A stretch of 64,000 nt of DNA from Octopus sinensis (GCF_006345805.1 NC_042998.1:63116001-63180000), one strand, 5' to 3'. Shown: positions 25,995 through 41,773, counted from the first letter of the stretch. Notes: generated from the sequence alone by a model not told the origin. Translations and numbers: made by a program.

Positions 25995-27639
25995 GTGAGT
26001 TATTGAACAAGTGAAGCCCAACTACAATGTAAGACATTTTTCTTTGAGTGGAGGATTCAATGGGGGTAATTATATCGGTCCTACCCCAGCATATTATTTA
26101 TATCCAAGCATCCCACATACGTCTGTCTTCTTGACTCTGCCAGAAATTTCTATAATGCCTTGTTTTATTTACATCAGCTATGGTTTTTATTACTATGTTA
26201 GAACGAAAACTATGGGAGTACATAGCATCGTTTACTGGTATTAGTCTTGAAGAAGATGACAATGATGACAACAATGACAAGGATCGATGATAATAAGAAA
26301 GATTATGGAAGACTATGTGGACGATACGAGTAAGATAGATCTATACGCACTTTCAGTTTATGAGCAGAGAGACGGGGAGAAAGGATAGAAATAAATAAAT
26401 AACAGAAACTTTATTTAGACGAGAAAACTTCATATAAACTATTCACAAATCTACATATGTTGATACACTACTTTATATTATTCAAACAGTTTGTTCACCC
26501 TTCATTTATTTTCTTGTAAATCGCTTCGCACCAGAGAATAAAAAAAAAGCATTGGTGAAACATTAACGCATGCTGAAATATCTGTGTTATAAGTATAATT
26601 TATTACAAAATATAGCCATATACATCACGGTTAGTCATGAATATTTGTTTGATTTCAAGATCAGCTTTATGATTTCTCCACTCGACATGCCGGAGCTTCG
26701 TCTTCGTCGACATAAATATTTTTTCAATAGAATTAAAACTTCAATTTTCAATTCAGTTTCTTATTTACTATACTCTTTGATTATCTCTGTTTATTAATCT
26801 GCTGAAACATAGCTAGGGAACAGGCAGACGATATCAAGGTGGTACAGCGAGCATATATTGAAGACGGGGGTCTCGTCATTGGTATTTAATTTGGAGCTCG
26901 TTTACAGCATATTCTGTGGCATCAAATCTTGGTATTTGCGAGTAAAGTCTTTAGAAAATATAGAGGAATAATCTTAGGGATAGGCTGAAATGAATCGCTA
27001 CTAAATAACGAATGGTCATAATTTAGATTGAGAGAACGAGAGATAGAGAGAGAAATAAATGCAGAGTGAAAGAGAGAAATAGAAAGCTAGATATGGAGGC
27101 TTTGATTGTTTTACATGAGTCATGTGACCTGATGATAGTGGTTAGAGCGTTGGCCTCCCTTTCATAAGATTTGATTCATGAACTTGCTGGTGTTTTGTGT
27201 CTTTGAGGAAAGTACTTTTACGCTGCTCCAATCCATGGAGCTGAAAATCAGTACTAGCCAAGTATTCGCGGTGCCCTTTCTCCCCCCAACTGTCACAACA
27301 TCGATTTTATTCTTTGAACTGAAGGTATTTTGTATAATTGAGCAAAGTACTTCAGTACATAGTGCTCCGGTCTGTTGTGGTGAAAATGGATATCAGTCAA
27401 GCGCTGGTGCTACTGTTCTCTTTCCAGATGTTACATCCTCAATTTTCTGTTGGCTCAAGTGTAGAAGGGTCAGGAGCCTTTCTATGTTTTCTCGAGACTA
27501 TATCAATACCTACAACCAATTAGTGAAAGCATGGCATATTTTAACAGATCATACACGACAGCTATGCATGACCTGCTCGCGGAAAGGAAGCGAAAAATAA
27601 GCAGCTAAATATTTAAAGTGTGTATATGTGCAAGATGTA

Positions 27640-27678
<39 letters not shown>

Positions 27679-29346
27679 TTGAAATGGAGACGGTGAGGGT
27701 ATATATATATATATTATTTACCCTCTCTCTCTTTCTTACACACATGCACGCACATACACATGCATATAAGCATATGTATGTATATGAAATACGTACTATC
27801 TCCTAATCATGAGTGTGTTAAATAACAAGGCACTGAAAGAGAATGACTCTGCCCAGACACACCAACGTATTGAATTGAAAGATGGGAAAATTGAATTCTG
27901 TATTTAAAAAAAAAAAAATTATAATTTTACAAGGCAAGTGCTATTACTTACTTCGACATTTCGTCTCAGAAGTCTTCATAAAACAGTGTGATGAAATTTC
28001 GAAGTAATTACCAACCCTTTCCTTGGCTATGAAACACGAATATATTACTCTATTATACTTCAATTTAATGTTTGGCATCTTTTATATATGAGTATACATA
28101 CAAACAAACATTAATATAATACTTAGCTGTTCTACAGACCGAGAAATAACTCGTACGTTCTCATCTATTTTACTAACTTAATAAATTCATCATCCCACCA
28201 AACATTAATATCTAATGTTTTTCGACTCAAACCTACCCCTACAGCCTAACCCTTAACTCATAACACTTATTGTAAACTTTATTTAGTTTACGTACAAACA
28301 ATAAATTGAAAACAATGTCTTACTTAACGCATTGCAACGAAATACTAATTAATTTATCATTATTTTCTAAAAATATCTATTTTGTATATTAAATTTAAGC
28401 TCTCTTCTAGATTTAATAATACATTTAAAATATATTGTTAATTATCTAAACTTGACTTAACCCAATCATGTCCTCATAAATATCGCCCGTATCCATACAC
28501 ACATAAATGAAACCTGATTTGTACCCTCTCTTTTTTATGCTCTTTCTTTCACTATTTATCAAGTTGCCAAGTCCAAAATTAGAAATATGTATTAGCTACG
28601 CATCTTTAACCTCAAACATTTACTGTATTCCCATTTTCAGTTTCATTGTTTTTTAACATTTTAACCTATTCTTTCATGACAGATTGAAAACACTAACTAA
28701 ATCTAAAATTATATATTAGTCGTGACCTCATCTTAATTGTTGCTTTCAGTTCGTTTCGGCTGTGTACGGCCCAGACATTTTTGGGTGTATTGGTATTTAT
28801 CGTAGTTCCTTTTAACTATGTGACATTCTGTTTTTACTGAAATGACTTATTCAAAAAAAAATCTAATTGCGCAGGATTAGGTTTTATTTTATTCATTTTT
28901 ATATTCCCACCTGTTTTTCCCCTTCATTTCAATCATCCGTCGAATCACGGCATCTTACTTTTCGAATTTATTCTTTTCTTTTGTTGTTTAATGAGCTGCG
29001 GAAATCCTTACTGCACCGAACAAATTGCTTAGCAGCATCTCTTCCGGTTCCCTAGGTTCTCAGTTAAGCGGTTGCTGAGGTCGACTTTGATTTTCAGCAT
29101 TTCTGATTACATCTACTCCGGCTGAGCACTAGAGTCGATGTGACTGATCCCCATCTTCAAAATTGCTGACCTTGAGCCAAAATTAGAAGAATATTTAAAT
29201 ATAGATTTATTCATATCTTCTTTACTCACCTCCTACCTAGTAAATTTTTTTCGGGCAAAACATCTGAATTTAGTACCCAAATGCATATAAAAGAATATAA
29301 GTAAATTGTCTCATATGACTAAATTTGAAACTTTACAATCTTAATA

Positions 29347-30583
29347 TTGGGTCATCCCATAATTACTGCGATAAACTACCTGTATAAACTTGCTATAAAC
29401 GCAGGTAGTAATTTATCTTGTCCTTATTCTAAGTGCAAGTTTTGAAGAGTACAATTCGATTTTAACAGTTTTTTTCGAAGCTATAATGGAAGTGACAAAG
29501 GAGCATATACGGCATATTTTGCTTTATGAGTTCAGTAAAGGCAACAACGCAACGGAAAGTGCGATGAATATCATTGCAGTATATGGGGATCGGACAATAA
29601 GCGTAAGCCAGTGGCAATGAAGATACCCGAAGTTCCGAACCGGAAACTACAACCTAGAAGTCAAGCCCTGTCCTAGAAGATCTGAAGAGTTCGACGAAGA
29701 TATCCTGCAAACCCTGGTAGAACAAAATCCCATCGTAACTGCTGAGAACTAGCAGAGAAACATGGATTTGGTTATTCAACCAATCATCATCAACTGGGTG
29801 CCATCGGAAAAGTCAGCAAATTGGGTCAATGAGTTCCTCACAAACTTTCCGTGTCTAATCAGACGCAGAGAATAAATGTATGCTCTTTTTTGCTGTCACG
29901 TCTCCCGAATGAACATTTTTTTGGACCGAATTATGACTGGGGATGAGAAACGGGTTCTATATAAAACTGACAAGCACCGAAGATTGGGTAGGGAAAGGAG
30001 AAACACCGGCACCCTAAGCTAAAGAATGTCTTCATCCACGTAAGCTGTTGTTTTCTGATTGGTGGGGTATAAAAGTTTAAGTCCACTTTGAACTTTTTAA
30101 CGCAAACCAAACGATAACATAGCAGATCTACAGCCAGCAGCTTGAACGGCTTAAATCAGTGCCAGAAGAAAAACGACCAGTTTTGGTTTCAAGATGAAAG
30201 GTGTTCTTCCATTAGGATAATACGCGACCATATACAGCGAGGATGACATTCCAGAAGCTGGAGCAGTTTGATGGGATTCTGATTCCCCACCCGCTGTATT
30301 CAGCGGACATCGCCCCATTTGATTAACGTTTATCCCGCAGTCTTCAAAATGATTTGAACGGAAAACTTATGAATTCTGTAGATGAGGTAAGAATAGTACT
30401 GGAGGAGTATTTTCCGTCACGGACGTGTGAATTTTGGAAGAAAGGTCTTGTAAGTTTTCGAGATAGATAGAAGAGCATTGTAGAAAACGAAGGAGAGTAT
30501 ATTTTTGATTAAAAAATAAATTTGTTTTATCTTAATTTTGAAAATAAAAGAAGTATAAAAAACCGGATTAGGGGATGATCCAA
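29347..30583 (+). mobile_element. Full-length but decayed mariner (DD34D) transposon
   Basis: TIRs TTGGGTCATCCCATAA / TTAGGGGATGATCCAA flanked by TA. Transposase 29486-30512 reads MEVTKEHIRHILLYEF..., IMTGDEKRVLY, H*DNTRPYTA, HPLYSADIAPFD and ENEGEYIFD*, with stops and frameshifts. Confidence 0.95.
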
Positions 30584-31239
30584 TATATAGAGAAAAAATA
30601 ATGGATGTGATTGAAGGAAGGAGACTGTGACCGTATAAGACACATTTAAGAGATAAATGTTTAATTTGCTGTATTGATAAATTGCATACATTTTTTGTTG
30701 CCAAACCGCTAGATTAGGAAGCTTGAAAATCGTTTGTAAGATGCACCACTACGCATAACAGCTTTTACGAAATAAATTCTATACTCCAACAACCGGAACG
30801 AAAGCTTTCTCTTATTTTCGCTTGAATGCCAGAGCCTGTCTGACTAAACGAGATACAAGAATTCTTATAGCTGTTATATTTTGAGTTATGAAAGTCCCAG
30901 ATTAATGAATGGATGCCATTTGTCCATTCCTGATTGGACAAGAAATATAGAGACAGGTCAAAATCTTTGGAATTCAGCGCAAAGATCTCAGAGGAAAGGC
31001 AACCGTCTTCCATAATAAAATTATACAAAACTAAAGCTTGTTTATATGAGTGGGCGATTGAAATATATCTACTGAATATCGCGTGAATTCAGAACATCTC
31101 TGGAGGCCGTTTATCGAGATAAAACTAATGCTTACTGATAAAAGATGTAAACATTACGATAAAGATGTTTGACTTGGAGAACTAAATCAAGTAGCATATC
31201 TATCTAAATATCTATATCTATCTATCTAACTATCTATCC

Positions 31240-31326
<87 letters not shown>

Positions 31327-31353
31327 CATATATCTATCTACACACACACACAC

Positions 31354-31390
<37 letters not shown>

Positions 31391-31405
<15 letters not shown>

Positions 31406-31761
31406 CATCACAGAGATGTACTTGCGTAGCAAGTGACCTAATCTGAGATCGTGTGCTGGAACGAAAACAATTGCAGCGTGGAAGATATTCATAAGCCATT
31501 TACGAAACACACAAAAACTGTTAGATTCACTTCAGCATTTAAACTTAATTTGTCAAAATATATTTGTCGCTTAGTGGTCGCGACCTGGGCACTGACAAAA
31601 TTCTGTGCTGCTCGGAATTTTGTCAGTGACCCGGTCGCGGTCTCAAAGTCAGGAAAATATTTTGACAAATTAAATTTAAATGTTGAAGTGAATCTAACGG
31701 TTTTTATGTGTTTCTTAAATGGCTTATGGTATACCTTCCACGCTGCAATTGTTTTCTCCAG
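31391..31761. repeat. Fold-back repeat element (same family as 21528-21808) with intact central hairpin
   Basis: Arms about 31463-31610 and 31618-31757. Centre cactgacaaaattctgtgctgctcggaattttgtcagtg. Confidence 0.8.
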
Positions 31762-33492
31762 TCGAAGACGACGTGTGAGCGCTTACATTTGCCGAATTAC
31801 CTGCACCAAGGATTAGTTTTTAGTGATCAAATTTTGGAGCTGCTCATTAGCTCATTCCCTCCCTCGAAGATAAAAGAGAAGATTTGTCAATGTCTGAAAA
31901 GTGTCGAGCGACAAAAAGATGCACGAATTATTTGGAAGTAACATGAAATGTACGTGGATCTGATTATTCTCAGCATGTGAATAATCATTGAAATAAACTT
32001 TTCGTTCATATATCATGAAACATTACAAACCTGTTGATACAATCCAATTTTTATCTTTTATTTTTTCGACTTCTTTGGACTGCGGCCCCGCCGAGGCACC
32101 GCTTTGAAGGATTTTAGTCGAACGAATTATCTTCGTAGTTATTTCTCAATCTTTTATATATTCATCTAAATCTTTGTTAAAAATCAATACCGGTTGTCAA
32201 GACGTGGCGCCGTGGGTGAGGGCAAATACACAAACAAAGAAAAATCTTTAATCTCTTCGGAGTCAATAATAGACATTAAAATGCTTTTGTTGATGTGACT
32301 GCAACTCTAAAATCCAAGCAACTCAGGAAGTGTGGAGCTACAGGTCATAACAAGGTTTTCTCAACCGAACCACAGTTTTTGCTCTTTCACCAATTCTAGG
32401 GCACAGTGAATAAGGCGTACACATATATGAGGATGGCTGGCTACTGGACATAAACATACAGAACCATCAGAATATGGACACTTACTGATCTCACGTGAGC
32501 GAATCACTTTACTTAGGATGTAAATAGGGCGTATGCTTTGGGGGAACTTAAGGGAGACAAACAGGATAATTTGTAGTCTACAATGGTTCTCAACCTGAGT
32601 GCATATGTTGTCAAATCTTAATTGCAATAATTTCGTTATACTTCAACAATATACAACATGTATTAACAATTATTTATACAATGCCTAATAATATATATAT
32701 TTAGAAACATACAATAAGATTTTTTATATACATCGAACAGCTACGGAGGTCTAATAGAGTAATATAAAAAGGTATTTAAAAAATGTAGTTGAGTACAACA
32801 TCTGTAGAGAAACGGGCAGAAACCATGAGAACGTAGTACTGTGGCTTTGCCAAAACAAATCAGGAACGTTCATACATGAAATTCGAAGGTCGCCGAAAGC
32901 TGCAGACCTGTTACATGGAGAGAGGGGGTGTGTGATGGAGAGAAGAAGAGAAAGAGAGAGAGAAAGAGATAGAAGAGGAGAGGGTTAGAGAAAGAAAAAG
33001 ATAGAAAAAGAAATGTAGACATTGATAGAGAGATTATGATTCAAGGTGTATGGTCATTATTTTGACTATACCCTGCTCGAAGCATTTTTTTTTGTCTTGA
33101 GCCGCTGTTACAATTCAATAATCATGGCAAATGCAAAGTTAACGTAATTACATAACACATAAACGAAAGAAAATGATTATCCAGAAGGAATAGAAACTTG
33201 TTCTACAGTTGAGAATCTATGGCAAAATGGTGGCTGGCGACAGGTGAAGATTACTATGCAGTACAAACACACACACACACATACACACACGCACACATGC
33301 ATACACTCAAACAAACATATATGTGTGTGTGTGGTGTGTGTGTATATATACATATGTATACTGCGATGTGTATTTACTGAAATATATACATGCACATATA
33401 TATATATACATACATATATATATATACACTCACGCACACTGACAACCGCATATACATCCATCCGTATATGCATACATACACACACATAGACA

Positions 33493-33570
<78 letters not shown>

Positions 33571-34035
33571 TATATACAATGTATATATGAACAATAGCGA
33601 TATCTTAATCGCTGTTGCTGACAAAATGATTGACGAATTCTAGCTAGAGATAAGACATTTGGAAGAAGCTTAAGAATTGCAGACAATATAAGCGACTAAA
33701 CGACTGGTTACGTTGTTGAAGACATCGTCTGTTGATCTGTTAACACGATAATTACTATTGACAGTTCGATATTACGAGTTGAACACAGTCGACAGATAAA
33801 ACTGAAATATACCTGGAATACATAAACATATATCAATAATATTTATAGAAATAACAAGTTCTCGTTTGTGTAGACTTAAAAATATGCACCGGTTTAAAAG
33901 GTGTAAACAATAAGAGAGATATTAATAGCAAACTACAGTCGTCTATAGCTTTTATTCTGAAGAATAAAAATTAATTTTAAGTTGTTACATGACCTAGAAG
34001 TTCACAGTATCAATCTTCGTAATCTCTTATGGATT

Positions 34036-34276
34036 ACTCTTTTACTCTTCTACTTGTTTCAGTCATTTGACTGTGGCCATGGTGGAGCACCGCCTTTAGT
34101 CGAGCAAATCGACCCCACGACTTATTCTTTGGAAGCCTGGTACTTATTCTATCGGGCACTTTTGCCGAACCGCTAAGATAAGGGAACGTGAACACACCAG
34201 CATCGGTTGTCAAGCGATGTTGGGGGGGACTAACACATGCACACAAACATACACACACACGCAGACAGACACACAC

Positions 34277-34337
<61 letters not shown>

Positions 34338-34475
34338 TACTACGGGCTTCTTTCACTTCCCGTCTACCAAATCCACTCACAAAAGTTTGGTCGGCCCGAG
34401 GCTATAGTAGAAGACACTTGCCCAAGGTGCCACGCAGTTGGACTGAACCCGGAACCATGTGGTTGGTAAGCAAGT
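34036..34475 (-). mobile_element. SINE-A, near full length, with internal (TA)n/(CA)n microsatellite
   Basis: Same three-part layout (tRNA-like head and core, microsatellite, tail) as 43201-43646. Confidence 0.88.
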
Positions 34476-34809
34476 ATTTAAAACGGCTTTTTGCCTTCTC
34501 ATTACTAAGCCACGCCACGGTCTACGTCAATGTTCAAATCAAACCATCCCTAGATTTAACATCACCACCTACTATTTTGTGCATCCGTTTCAGAGTTGAT
34601 TTGTTGTTCTATATTAGCCTTGATAAACAAAAGCTATCGTAAAAAGCAATCTTCTTTTATTCGTACACTGTTTCTGCGATCAAATTATCTTACAATTCCA
34701 TCGTTCTGTGTTTTGCTGATATTTCACTACTGTTTGTACCAGGTCGCATAAAACGTAGCGACAATCAGTGATTAGCTCCCCATTTTGAATTTTCAACATT
34801 TAACTAACA

Positions 34810-35012
34810 TGGCGGCGAGCACACCGCGCAAAATGCTTAGCGGTATTTCGTCTGCTGTTATTCCGCCGAGGTCAAATTTGCATTTCATCCTTTCGGGGTC
34901 CATTAAATAAGTACTAGTTACGTACTGGGGTAGATGTAATCAACTTAATCCGTTTGTCTGTCCTTGTTTGTCCCCTCTGTGTTAGTCCTCTCTGTGTAGG
35001 CAATAAAGAAAT
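34810..35012 (+). mobile_element. SINE-B copy with internal deletions
   Basis: ggcggcgagc...ccgccgaggtcaaatttgcatttcatcctttcggggtc...gtcccctctgtg. Confidence 0.85.
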
Positions 35013-35468
35013 AAACATTTAACTAACATTTCAATTCAAAGGTTTTCATCGTTATGTTCGCTTGCATATATTATATCCATGATTATCGTATGGCTCCGTA
35101 GAAGAAAATACATTATAACAAATCATTGCTCCACATAGTTTCCCCTTCTGTTTAGTAATCTAATTTTAGAGTAAAAGCATATATTTCATACTTGTTTCAG
35201 CCATTGAATTAAGACAATTGCTGGTGCATCGCCATGAAGAGTTTTAGCTGAACGAATTGGGCTCAGCATTTATTTATTTATTTATTTATCTTTTGGTTTT
35301 AGAAACCAACAATATCCGTCTCTATTGCAGAAATGTTAGTCTACGGTGACGCAAACACATCAACACCAGTTGTCGGTTGATTAATATATATATATTTACA
35401 GTATATGCATGTATATAAGTATATACATATACAGTATATGTATACATATGTGGATATATATACAATAC

Positions 35469-35557
<89 letters not shown>

Positions 35558-35599
35558 TATATATGCATGCATATATCTACATATATATATGTATATATA

Positions 35600-36623
35600 T
35601 CTTTATACATATAAACTGAGAATGGCTGTCTGTCTGTCTGTGTGTTTCCCTAAAACTTGAGAACTAAACAACCAATTTCATTCAAATTTTACACATGCCT
35701 TACTTAGGGTCCATGTAGTTTCATGGGCAAAAAAATGTTCAACTTCTTGCCTAGAGCGAGCCCGTAGCAATATCATATCTTCTCCATTTTTCAGTATTAC
35801 GTGTTAAAAGCGAAACAAATACACTTCTCTATTTTATGTCAGATGATTTCACTTTAACAATAAAAATAATAATAACAATTGAGTTTTATGTAGTAAGTAA
35901 TAATTAAAATCAAACTAAAGTATAATATAATCGTAACATAACAAAAGTAAAAATAGCAATTGGTATAAAATTGCATCAATGACTTGAACTTGAATAAGTG
36001 GTTTCACATGAATGAGAATAAATTAAAAATAAAATTAGTGTGCAGAAATGGAATAACCCAGATGGATAATAAAAAATTAAATTAAAGAAAAGACTATTGC
36101 CTATAAAGTATACAATGTAGAGAAAAAGAAGATTTGAACACATGGAAGAAAGCACCTTCCAAAATAATATTGGTGCGACTATGAAAGATATATAATCAGA
36201 GGCGGTAAATTCGCCATAATAAAAGCAATGTTCGAGTCAACGGAGCGTGCAAGGGAGTACTCGACTCGAACTTGCAAAGTGGAAATATTTTATTTTTACC
36301 TTTATATCTGGGACGTAGGCCGTCCCGGAAAAAAAGGTAAATGCCGCCCCAGAAGTAGAGGTAGGCTGGATTGAAGCCACGCTTCTATACAAGAGGGAGG
36401 ACAAGATACAATTGATCGAAATTACAAGAGACGCGCTAACAATTCCAGTTTGTTATATATTTTAAGTATTGTTATCACTAGCGATATCAAGATATAACTT
36501 TGTATTTTGTATTCTATGTGTAGATGTATATATATAGATGTACATGTAATATTTACACATATATATACACATTTATACATGCACTAGCACTATGACCCAT
36601 CAACGAAGGGTCTTTAATGCTAG
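35600..36623 (+). mobile_element. Non-autonomous Helitron-like element (about 1 kb)
   Basis: A|TC 5' end, (gtct)n subterminal tract, 3' hairpin GACCC...GGGTC followed by CTAG|T. Confidence 0.65.
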
Positions 36624-36654
36624 TATATATATATATAAACTAAAAAATTAATAT

Positions 36655-36845
36655 ATGTACTACGGGCTTGTTTCACATTTCGTCTATCAAATCCACTCAG
36701 AATGCATTGGCTGGCTTGATACACACCCGAGGAGCCGCACAGCGGGTTACATACCTGAGCAGACCACAGATCGGAATTCGACTGAGAACCATGTAGTTGG
36801 GATTCAAGCTTCTTACCAAACAGGCAGTCCTGCGCCATTTGCAAC
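36655..36845 (-). mobile_element. SINE-A head/core fragment
   Basis: tacgggcttgtttcacatttcgtctatcaaatccactc...ctgcgcc matches the SINE-A 5' part. Confidence 0.7.
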
Positions 36846-37334
36846 AACATGGCAGAATTAACAGTAGAACTCGAAGAAGCTACTCTTCTCAAGTTGTTTT
36901 CATTCCATAAGAATCATAAAGTAACTGGAGGTAATATTCATCAAATACTGTTTTAGATTTGACTAAATCACTATCACACGCGGTACCGACTTCGAGTTCC
37001 TGCATCTATTAGGTTCACTAAAGGCATCACACGATCACATATACTTATAACATGTATATCAGGTTGAGTAAAAAGTAAACAATTTGTACCGGATTTTTGC
37101 AGAGTTTTGAACTAAAAAAAAATATTTTTAAATCTGAAATTGTCTGTCTAATAATGCAAGATGGTTTATTTATTAAGATGATTTATTTTGTAAAATATAT
37201 ATTTTGTATTTATTAAAGTGCTTTTTATTGTAACTTGCGATGAAAAGTGGAATGTGTACAATAATAAAAAAATACGTTCTTCGCTGTGGTTGTTCCAAAA
37301 TAAAGCACCTTATTAAATAAACCATCCTTAAACC

Positions 37335-37440
37335 CGAGCTCTTCAAAAAGAATTTTATAGTGACTGTTTGGTGGTGTACTGCTGGAAGTGTTCCACCATA
37401 ACTTCTTAAAACCCAGAAAAACCAGTGCCAGTGGGATTGA
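37335..37440 (+). pseudogene. Small mariner transposase fragment
   Basis: Reads PELFKKNFIVTVWWCTAG and, after a frameshift, HHNFLKPRKT; resembles the mariner VTVWW...G..H..FL..G.T segment. Confidence 0.45.
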
Positions 37441-38714
37441 CATATTTCAAGCATTCCACAAGATGCTGCCTTTCATCGGAGCGAGGAAATTTTGAAGCTG
37501 TTGATGGGATCGGTGAGAACGAAATAAGAATCTGAAAAATAATATTGAAGAATATGCGCTGTTGATAAAGTGTTGTAAGTATAGAGGAAAATTTGTGATA
37601 GAAATGTAATGTAGAAGGCAGTGAAGAGGGTGGTGCGGTGGAACGTAATAATAGCTGAAGCTAATGTGAAACGTCATCAAGTGGAATAAATAAATTTCCA
37701 GCGGGGATTTAAGAAGGGATGTAAGTTTTGAGCAGGAAAACTTTGAAATAAAGCAGCACAAACATATATAAAAAAACCCAAAAAGCAAAACAAAACAGAA
37801 CAAAAAACAAAACTGACTATACACGAATGCAGGAAGATACTCACAACCCCACAAACAGACACACCTTAATACAAACAGGATAAGATTCGTACAAAGAGAC
37901 AAAGACAATTTCGCAATTATTTATAAGCAAACATTTGATATAGAATTGAACTGGCATACACATATATGTACTAACATACATTACTTGAGGATATATATAT
38001 ATTTATTTATTTAAATGTATACATGTGTGTGTACGTTATCCTTGTCTATCTATCTATCTATATATATATCTATCTATCTTTTTCTCTTTCGCTCTTTTTC
38101 TTTCACTCTCTGTGTGTATAAGTATACATATACACACACATGTATATGTAATATATATATATATATTTAAATATATATACCCACAAGCACACACACACAC
38201 ACATATATATATACACATATATGTATGTATATATATACACACACACACATTATATACACACACGCAGGCACACACACACACGCACACATATATACCTGCC
38301 TACGTATACGCGCACATACATATATATACACATACATATATAAATATATAAATACACACACGTACATATACGCTGAGATATATATGTATATACACATACA
38401 CATACATACATATATACACACATATGTATTTATATATACACGCACGCATAGTAATAAACGAACAACATATTAACCTTTAATTGTGAAATGAAGTGAATAC
38501 ACATAGAGTTAGTGGTCCTATGACGTTTATAATTTTTATGTCATAACCCCTGTAGTGGAAGCTATTTATTTCTTTACAGATAGATATTTCACTGTAATGT
38601 ATCGTACTCAGGGGGATAATTATCACACACTTACATGTTTACAGATTACTAAAACCAGTCTAGCAAAATTATCCAAATTTCGAAAACGTTTCTTTTGTTT
38701 CATATATATACATG

Positions 38715-38746
<32 letters not shown>

Positions 38747-38972
38747 CATACATACATATATATGCATATATGTATATATATATATACTATTATATATATA
38801 TCTATACATATATATGTTATATGTATATATATACATATGTATATATGTATATATGTGTATATATACATATGTATATATGTGTATATATACATATGTATAT
38901 ACATATATACATATATATATACATATATATATATGTATGTATATATAGTTATACATTTATATATACATATGC

Positions 38973-39056
<84 letters not shown>

Positions 39057-39419
39057 GCGGTGGTGTCCCAGCATGGCCACAGCTTGTGAGCTGAACTAGA
39101 TTAATATATATATATATATAAATATATATATGTGTGTGTGTGTATAAATACGTATGTATATATTTAGAATCAGATTCAGTCACCCCAAAACTCTGTAACG
39201 TATTCGATAAATGTAATAAACTTCTCAATTATAAACCAGTTTATGCATTAGTCAATTATTTTATTACTTTTAATTGTTTGTAATTTATAATTTACAATTC
39301 AATTATTTTGTTAAATTGATATATCCTCTATTTTACCGTCATTTCTAGACATTTCAATGAGACACCATCGTGAAGAACTTACACCAGACGACATATATAT
39401 ATATATATTATATATATAT

Positions 39420-39452
<33 letters not shown>

Positions 39453-39489
39453 CATTTAGATAAATTTAGATATGTTTCCTCCAAAAATT

Positions 39490-40740
39490 GGTCCCGGCCA
39501 TGTCTAACTTAATAGCACCACCTGATAGGATTATCTAAGTCCTTTTATAGTCAAGTTTTGTGTTATCTTGGAGCATTCATGTAGGGAGTTCTTGTTGATT
39601 GAGTTGTATCCAGGTACGGTGGCTTGTCTTGAATATTTTGTCTAGACACCGTTTAAGGTTGATGGGATCCTTTTACTCTTTGATCAGTTTTGGGACAATG
39701 TTAAACAGGGCAGCCCCTGTTGAGCAAAAGAAAATGTGTCACAGTGTAACTATATATTGTGATCCTGAATTGAGCAGGGGACGTATGGCCCGTGTACCCA
39801 GCCTTGGATGAACCTTGAAGCTAATGTTCAGGTCGTTTAGGCAATGCTGAGGGTATATTCTCCACATCGTGCACATGCTTTGTTTTGTATGGGGAGAGCG
39901 CAGGGGGCAGCAGTATTCGAGGTGTGGTCGTACAAAAGAGGAGAAAAGTGGAATGATGACACCTTGTTCTCTGGACGAGAAGATTCTTAAAATCCAGGAG
40001 CTTATCGTACGAGCTATATCGACCTTTTTGTTGATGTGGGCACTCATCTGAGATTGTTATCAACAATTACCCCTAGGTCCCTGCTATCATTAGATGTTGT
40101 GAGCTGTTTCCCTGAAGGAAGAGAGCATGGATGTTTAAGTATAGTCTTTCTTCCAAAATGCATCGGCTCAAATTTTCCTTCGTTTAATTACATTTTGTTT
40201 TTGTCTGTCCATTGACTTACCGCATATAGATGAGACTGGAGTTGAGTTTGGTCTTCTTCTTCACTGATTAATTTTTTTTACGGCGCTGGAAACGTCGTTT
40301 ATATAGATTATAAAGACAAGCGGGCCCAAGACAATTCCCTGAAGTACACAACTGATGAGTTTTGCTGAGCTTGAGTGGACTCCATCGATCACAACATGTT
40401 GTGTTTTATTCGCCAGGAAATACTCAATCCAGTGTAGAACTTTTCTACGGATTGCAACATTTGCCACTTTTGAGAGTAAGATATTATGATTAACCCTGTT
40501 GAACGCTATTCTGAAGTCAAGATATATCACATCTACCTCTCGTCTCCCGACGTGGTCTTATATTCGCCTCTCAGTAACATTTCCTCTTCAGTAACGCTTG
40601 TCACTAATCCTTCAATCTCGTGCCACTGGAATCTCCTCGCTAGAGCCTTTCCTGCAAGAATTAACCTGCAACAGATCAAGCGGAACATTTACTGACTCAC
40701 TCATCAGAAATTTTGCAAGGATTACATTCTCAGCTTCTTC
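39490..40740 (-). mobile_element. CR1/L2-like LINE 3' portion (decayed reverse transcriptase)
   Basis: IYLDFRIAFNRVNHNILLSKV...VLQGIVLGPLVFIIYINDV, WILRIFSSRE...FVRPHLEYCCPL, GAALFNIVPKLIKE; stops and frameshifts. Confidence 0.92.
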
Positions 40741-40909
40741 ATACAGATTCGTCAAATAAATAGATAAGTGAATAGCAACCTTCACATAGTTCCTGTCTCA
40801 TCGTGCTTTGGTGTTTCATGTCCTTTTGATTTCACATTAGTTTTCCTTCCTTTTAATTTATAAGCTTCCATTTATAATTTTCAAATTATTGTTTTTATTA
40901 TTAGTAGGT

Positions 40910-41330
40910 GGTTTAAGGTTACGAGCTGTTAAAATCGTTAGAACTTCGGACAAAATATTTAGTGGTGCTTCCTCCGTATTTATGCTGTGACATCAAATTC
41001 TGCCGAAATCGTCTTTGCTCTTCATCATTCGGCATCAATAAAATAAGTACCAGCTGAGTATTAGAATCGATGTAATCGACTTACACCTCCACTAAAATTG
41101 CTGGCCTTGTGCTGAAATCAGAAATATTTATTATTTGCTGGTTTAAGATGTCGAGCAAGAAAAAAATCGTTGACGCGTCCGACAAAATGCATTGTACCAT
41201 CTCCGACACATTACATTCTGGTTTCAAATGTCATCGAAACCTGTTTTTCCATTCATTCTTGCAGGGTCGATAAAATACTGACCTACACAAGTACTGGTGT
41301 TTATGGTATTGACTAGACCCTTCAATCGCA
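40910..41330 (+). mobile_element. Two adjacent old SINE-B copies
   Basis: Degenerate heads plus core (caaattctgccgaaatcgtctttgctcttcatc...; gggtcgataaaatactg). Confidence 0.7.
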
Positions 41331-41732
41331 CGATAAATAGGAGCAGACGAATCCATAAACAAAATCGAGTATGTTGTAAAGGTAAGGTAAAAATACAGAA
41401 CAGATCTCTAGCATGAACCTTCGCGAATATTCTTTAGATTTTTTAATTCAGAAGAAAAACCTGCATTTACTAACATAGGTAGACGGGTCGGCACGATTCG
41501 CACTAAGCAACGGTCGCCACATCAGCAGCAAGTGTGAGTTCGGACCGCGAACTATGCATTCGTAAATTACTTTAGATGCTTGTCCTGTGGAGTCGTACAC
41601 TGCACAGGCAACGGTCAGCCTTCTTATGATTCACTCAGGAGCCATTCAGAATATGATACGAGGAGTTGGTGGTTATAAAGAGGGCTGCGCTAACGCTAGG
41701 CTGGAACGTCATTTTTTATCGACTGTGATGGC

Positions 41733-41773
<41 letters not shown>

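Noticed and set aside
27178-27600. 140-aa ORF as a host exon
   Set aside because: The region contains two degenerate SINE-tail-like segments and has no recognisable domain.
39335-39395. Very degenerate minus-strand hammerhead-like string
   Set aside because: At least three core mismatches; indistinguishable from chance by eye.
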